DNA of 32,000 nucleotides from Aliivibrio fischeri ES114 (GTDB lineage Bacteria; Pseudomonadota; Gammaproteobacteria; Enterobacterales; Vibrionaceae): NCBI RefSeq assembly GCF_000011805.1, contig NC_006841.2; one strand, 5' to 3'. Shown piece by piece: positions 27,944 to 32,000 of this stretch (position 1 is its first letter; each line of letters starts with the position of its first letter). The notes under the pieces were generated by a model. It saw only the letters and a program-made list of their open reading frames with translations, ran no database searches and was not told where the DNA came from. The position numbers and the translations under genes were made by a program.

Positions 27944-28717
27944 ATGGTATCACTAATAAATAGTTTTAAACTTCAATTCACTGAAGTAAGTCACACTATA
28001 GAGCAACCATTTGTTCTATATTTTTCTGGTTTTTCAGGTATAATAAAAGATGAGGAAATAAAGAAATCCGGAAGGAATTGTTTAATACTTGTAAACGAAA
28101 TAGAAAAAAATTCCATCTATGATGTAGTAATGAAAAAGACCATCTTCATAAACAATACACCTTTAATATATACGGCCGGTTACGATGTAAAAATCAAGCC
28201 TCAATCTCAAGTTATATTAATAGATCTTTCATTCTTTGAAAAACTAGGCGTTCCATCGTTCAAAAGTGGGCTAATTACCCATATTCATTCGCGATTAATT
28301 AGACTATTACTAGAATCTATTTGTAGCTCAGTAAAGCCAACTTATGAATTACTTGCTTTAGTGAATCTTATAGGTGTTGATCATTACAAAACCAACTTAA
28401 ATGACAACTTAAACAAAATAAAAGACAAGATTGAAGAGTGTTATTCTTGCGAAGAATTTAACTTAGACATGCTCTGTAAAAAAACGCACATGTCAAGAAG
28501 AAAAATACAATATATACTTGCAGATTCCAATACTTCATTTCTAGAAATATTAAATAATTTACGAATAGATAAGCTAATATACTTCATGCAGAAAGAACCA
28601 AAGACATCCATAGGGGTGTTAATTTACAGAGTTGGGTTTAAACACCAAAGTACCGCTAATAGATTATTTAAAAAATATAAGAATGTCAGCATTCGAGAAT
28701 TTAAAAAATCAATATAA
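27944..28717 (+). CDS. AraC-family transcriptional regulator divergent from the pilin gene (ToxT-analogous by position)
   Basis: C-terminal double HTH (MSRRKIQYILADSNTSFLEILNNLRIDKLIYFM...YRVGFKHQSTANRLFKKYKNVSIREF) with an N-terminal domain of about 160 aa that I could not assign. Confidence 0.85.
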   Translation: MVSLINSFKLQFTEVSHTIEQPFVLYFSGFSGIIKDEEIKKSGRNCLILVNEIEKNSIYDVVMKKTIFINNTPLIYTAGYDVKIKPQSQVILIDLSFFEKLGVPSFKSGLITHIHSRLIRLLLESICSSVKPTYELLALVNLIGVDHYKTNLNDNLNKIKDKIEECYSCEEFNLDMLCKKTHMSRRKIQYILADSNTSFLEILNNLRIDKLIYFMQKEPKTSIGVLIYRVGFKHQSTANRLFKKYKNVSIREFKKSI

Positions 28718-28724
28718 ATTAATT

Positions 28725-28756
28725 AATGGTGATATCCATTTCTGTATATCACCATT
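28725..28756. terminator. Hairpin between convergent genes (AraC regulator / ParA-like), a likely bidirectional terminator
   Basis: aatggtgatat / 10-nt loop / atatcaccatt: an 11-bp perfect stem followed by tgttt. Confidence 0.55.
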
Positions 28757-28821
28757 TGTTTAGAACAATTCACCATACAAAACTTCAATAAAATGAGTTA
28801 TGCCAATTATAAAAAGACTCT

Positions 28822-29463
28822 CTAGATATTTATCCAGCGTTCTATTTCGACCCACAAATTCTTATCCAGATATTGAAACACTTTAACATCCTCATCAATA
28901 AATAAACTTTGATAAGCATCACTTTCAGACATAACCCCAATAATTGGATATTTCAATTTATTAAGAACTCTGTGCATTAATTCTAAGTCCCCAACTCTCC
29001 CTTTATAGCGAGTTATTACAAAACAGACAGGTATATTCCTCTTTTTATACACTGGAGATGCAATAAGATTCTTTATAAACCCTAATATTGAATGTAAATC
29101 TATTGGAGATGCTTGTAATGGCAAAATTATCTTATCCGCTAATGATAGGTATTTATCCAACTCAAATTTATTAAAATTTGAAGGTGTATCAATAATTGTT
29201 AATTCTGTGTCTAACTCCAATTTTAGTGCAAGACTAAAAGGTACTCTTGATGAGGTAAGAAATGTTTGAGTTCGTATTTCTTTATTATTCCCCCCCCAAA
29301 AATAACTAGTATTTTGTGGATCTAAATCAATTAATTCTGTTTTAATATTTTTAGATGAGAACAAACGAGCCATAGCCATTGTTAAGCTCGACTTTCCAGC
29401 CCCTCCTTTAGAATTCATAATTAATATTTTTTTTGATTTTGAACTTTTGTATCCAATAAACAT
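28822..29463 (-). CDS. Orphan ParA/MinD-family P-loop ATPase (213 aa)
   Basis: Deviant Walker A KKILIMNSKGGAGKSS and Walker B-like TIIDTP. The size is typical of small ParA proteins. No ParB-like gene is adjacent. Confidence 0.85.
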   Translation of the reverse strand: MFIGYKSSKSKKILIMNSKGGAGKSSLTMAMARLFSSKNIKTELIDLDPQNTSYFWGGNNKEIRTQTFLTSSRVPFSLALKLELDTELTIIDTPSNFNKFELDKYLSLADKIILPLQASPIDLHSILGFIKNLIASPVYKKRNIPVCFVITRYKGRVGDLELMHRVLNKLKYPIIGVMSESDAYQSLFIDEDVKVFQYLDKNLWVEIERWINI

Positions 29464-29656
29464 AAAATAATTTTTTCGATTTTAAACTTACAAACATAAT
29501 ATCTCAAACATAATCAATAATACTAGTTAAATTCTTATCATTTCATAAAAACTATCATTTGTGCAATAAAGCAGGTATATTGTGCAAAAATAATTCCTAT
29601 AAATATTAATACGTCTAATATGTCGTATAATGAAAAAAATTATATAGGAAAGTAAA

Positions 29657-30007
29657 ATGAAAAAACTAATTCTTTTATTGTTAATATTTAGTTTTAACAC
29701 ATACAGTATGACTTGTTTAGAGTCCGTTAGTGAAGATCCGCATATCAGAAGAGAACTACATGAAGAAGCACAGAAAAAAGCACAAGAAGCTATGGAATTA
29801 CGCATCGGAAAAAAAATGACTATGCCATACGTTGATTCAGATGGCCATAGGGCAGACTTAAATCTAATGATAATTAATATAGAGGAAAATTGGTGCAATG
29901 AATTTTCATCATTATATAGTTCATATTATAATTTCTATTTGGCTAATAGATATGTTTTCAATAAAGAAAAAAATCTAATACATTATTACATTTTTTCAGG
30001 TTATTGA
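29657..30007 (+). CDS. Small secreted protein (116 aa)
   Basis: AGGAAAG RBS 7 nt upstream, signal peptide MKKLILLLLIFSFNTYS, and two Cys. Preferred over the overlapping antisense ORF 29527-29898. Confidence 0.55.
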   Translation: MKKLILLLLIFSFNTYSMTCLESVSEDPHIRRELHEEAQKKAQEAMELRIGKKMTMPYVDSDGHRADLNLMIINIEENWCNEFSSLYSSYYNFYLANRYVFNKEKNLIHYYIFSGY

Positions 30008-30139
30008 TTTAGATGTTGTTAATCCCTTCCAGTTAAAAATTTAGTCAAACCTGTTCCATATCAATTTAAACAACAAGAAAACAAACTATAATAGCTTAAA
30101 TTACAAGGTCAAATGAGTTAGTTAGGTTTAATTTTAAAT

Positions 30140-30514
30140 ATGCTTTCACACGAAAATCAAGTCTTTTTTACCCTAGGAAACGCACTAAAGGATTGTTACG
30201 CATTTGACTCAAATGTTGATAAACTAGTCAAGGAAGGGCTCTCGACTAATGCAATAAACCCTAATATAGTAAGTACATTAGAAGAACACAACAACAATTA
30301 TGTTCTTTTTTTAACCTTATTATTAAAAGGACGTATGTCAACTTATACAGATGTAAAAAATGCAATTAATTCAAGAGATTTCTTAATACATCGATTTGCA
30401 TACGAAAATTATAATATGTTAGACAATATGTACTATGAAAGAAAATTAATTATATTGATTAAATCGCATCATAAAAACATAATGAAGATAAACCACTTAA
30501 TAGAAAAAAAATGA
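30140..30514 (+). CDS. Hypothetical cytoplasmic protein (124 aa)
   Basis: ORF only, with no recognisable motif. Confidence 0.4.
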   Translation: MLSHENQVFFTLGNALKDCYAFDSNVDKLVKEGLSTNAINPNIVSTLEEHNNNYVLFLTLLLKGRMSTYTDVKNAINSRDFLIHRFAYENYNMLDNMYYERKLIILIKSHHKNIMKINHLIEKK

Positions 30515-30561
30515 TGATTCAATAGCTTCCACCATATTCGAGCCTTGTGGTATATTTAAAT

Positions 30562-31632
30562 TCAGAACGCTGATAATGCATCACGAGGCTTTGAAAAAAA
30601 ATACCCTTGCATATAATTAACCCCTATAGTTCGCATCAGCTCTGCTTGAAATGCAGTTTCAATACCTTCAGCTACAATTTCAACTCCGATATTTTGCATT
30701 TCTTTAATTGCTTTTCTTAAAATACAAAAATACAAAACATCAGAACATGCTCTTTTCACTATTGACATACATAACTTAGCAACTTTTGGCTTAACTGTAT
30801 TGACAGTTTCAAAATCAAAAAAACCAGATTCAACATCATCAAGCCAAACATCAATCCCTTCATTTTGCAACCTAGAAATAACAAATAAAAAAGGAGGCCA
30901 ATAAGTAATAGGTGTATTCTCTGTCAATTCTATTTTCAAACGCTTAACGCCGTATAACACAGCTAAGATAGTTTTATCCAACAATAACAATGGTGACATA
31001 TTAATCGTTAAAAAAGTATCATCTTTCATAGAATTCATTAGTGCTAATGCATTAATAATACAAAGAAATTCGAATTCATATTTAATGTCTTGATTCTTAG
31101 CTTCATCAAATAAATTTTTCGCAGAGAATAAACTCGAATTAGCAGGGCCTCGTGATAAAGCTTCATAACCAACGACTTCATACTTAGGTACCTTAATTAT
31201 TTCTTGGACGTATGTTGTTATTAATTTATTGTCGACTATTTTTTTTAATTCGCCAAAAGAAGTAGAATATAAAAACTCTTTAGCTATCATCTTATTGCAA
31301 AAAAAATAATATTTTTTTTCTTTATAATGAAAATAGTCATACATATTAACCTCTATTCTAGCAAGACGCCGTGTTAGTACACCAAGCACCTCATCACATA
31401 TATTCGCTATACAAGTAATAATTTGGTTTTTGAACGTATAAGTAGGCATAGAACTGCCTCTAACGAGTACATGAAATTCATCGTAACCAAAATCATCTTG
31501 AATTAAAGAAAGCTCACTTTTTTTCTTAACTCTATCTAATATATCCTCCAAAAAAAAAGTCCATCTTATAATCCCAAAGCGTTTAATTAAAGATTCACTT
31601 TCCGTAAATCTAAAAACTATAACTTTATTCAC
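30562..31632 (-). CDS. EAL-domain protein (putative c-di-GMP phosphodiesterase) with an uncharacterised N-terminal domain of about 150 aa
   Basis: YEALSRGP, INMSP, ELTE, LDDVESG, EGIE and QGYFFSKP signatures in canonical order. No TM helix. Confidence 0.85.
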   Translation of the reverse strand: MNKVIVFRFTESESLIKRFGIIRWTFFLEDILDRVKKKSELSLIQDDFGYDEFHVLVRGSSMPTYTFKNQIITCIANICDEVLGVLTRRLARIEVNMYDYFHYKEKKYYFFCNKMIAKEFLYSTSFGELKKIVDNKLITTYVQEIIKVPKYEVVGYEALSRGPANSSLFSAKNLFDEAKNQDIKYEFEFLCIINALALMNSMKDDTFLTINMSPLLLLDKTILAVLYGVKRLKIELTENTPITYWPPFLFVISRLQNEGIDVWLDDVESGFFDFETVNTVKPKVAKLCMSIVKRACSDVLYFCILRKAIKEMQNIGVEIVAEGIETAFQAELMRTIGVNYMQGYFFSKPRDALSAF

Positions 31633-31827
31633 TTTTATCTCTCATCAATTTTAAAATTAATATCATTAAATCTTAAAATAACAAATTTTAATAACACCAT
31701 TATGCATAATTCAACACATAAAACGCATAGATTCTATATTGATTTTTAGTTTGTCCTACATGCTAATAGACATAATTACTAAATATTGATATATTTATCA
31801 TTACCTACATTACTTACATTAACATAT

Positions 31828-32000
31828 ATGCTCTTATTAACCGCAACATCCAATCAAGAATTAGCTACTTGGAATAAGAAAATAACTACATTTTCTTTGG
31901 CTAGATCTATTTCTACAAATAATAAGATAATAGATTACAAATTTAATTTAGAATCATTACCAAATGGTTTGAAATTCTCCATTTTATTAGCAGAAAATTT
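31828..32000 (+). CDS. Possible 5-prime part of a CDS running off the window
   Basis: ATG at 31828, then 57 codons with no stop up to the window end. AT-rich and without any motif. Confidence 0.2.
   Translation, partial: MLLLTATSNQELATWNKKITTFSLARSISTNNKIIDYKFNLESLPNGLKFSILLAEN

Noticed and set aside
29527-29898. 123-aa ORF on the minus strand, antisense to the small secreted-protein gene
   Set aside because: It has no RBS or signal logic and a low-complexity sequence biased toward Phe, Ile, Ser and Cys. The plus-strand ORF has an AGGAAAG RBS and a clean signal peptide.
28822-31632. Interpreting the ParA-like, small-protein and EAL genes as a defined new defence or partition system
   Set aside because: The genes are on different strands, separated by promoter-sized gaps. 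They have no nuclease, helicase or ParB-type partner, so there is not enough evidence to call them one system.
1-32000. Search for CRISPR arrays, tRNA/rRNA genes, IS elements, integrases, prophage genes or toxin-antitoxin pairs
   Set aside because: No regularly spaced repeats, no cloverleaf-like GC-rich segments and no transposase/integrase-like ORFs were seen. The window appears to lack them.

Overview
The window looks like Vibrionaceae chromosomal DNA (Aliivibrio/Vibrio-like, judged from protein similarities recalled from memory) and its base composition is visibly mosaic.

Layout:
- 1-8.9 kb: ordinary chromosomal genes. These are a partial rarD, an AraC/GyrI regulator divergent from an aminotransferase plus M14 carboxypeptidase pair, three hypothetical genes, arsR-acr3, and a dCache chemoreceptor.
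- 9.35-10.3 kb: a very AT-rich ToxR/TcpP-like membrane regulator with a small membrane partner gene.
- 10.4-14.95 kb: a higher-GC norR-hcp-hcr nitrosative-stress module with candidate NorR boxes and a sigma-54 promoter.
- About 15.96-16.27 kb: a decayed second copy of the hcr 3-prime end.
- 16.4-27.7 kb: the main system. It is a tightly packed, very AT-rich minus-strand operon of 12 genes. The first ten are colinear with the Vibrio cholerae toxin-coregulated (type IVb) pilus genes tcpA-B-Q-C-R-D-S-T-E-F. The last two are a small PAS-like protein and a full-length chemoreceptor joined by overlapping stop/start codons.
- 27.9-28.7 kb: a divergent AraC-family regulator, ToxT-like by position.
- 28.8-31.6 kb: an orphan ParA-like ATPase carrying a G8 tract, a small secreted protein, a hypothetical protein and an EAL-domain protein.

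No prepilin peptidase, retraction ATPase, integrase, transposase, tRNA, rRNA or CRISPR array was recognised. All homology statements are by eye or from memory and need database confirmation.
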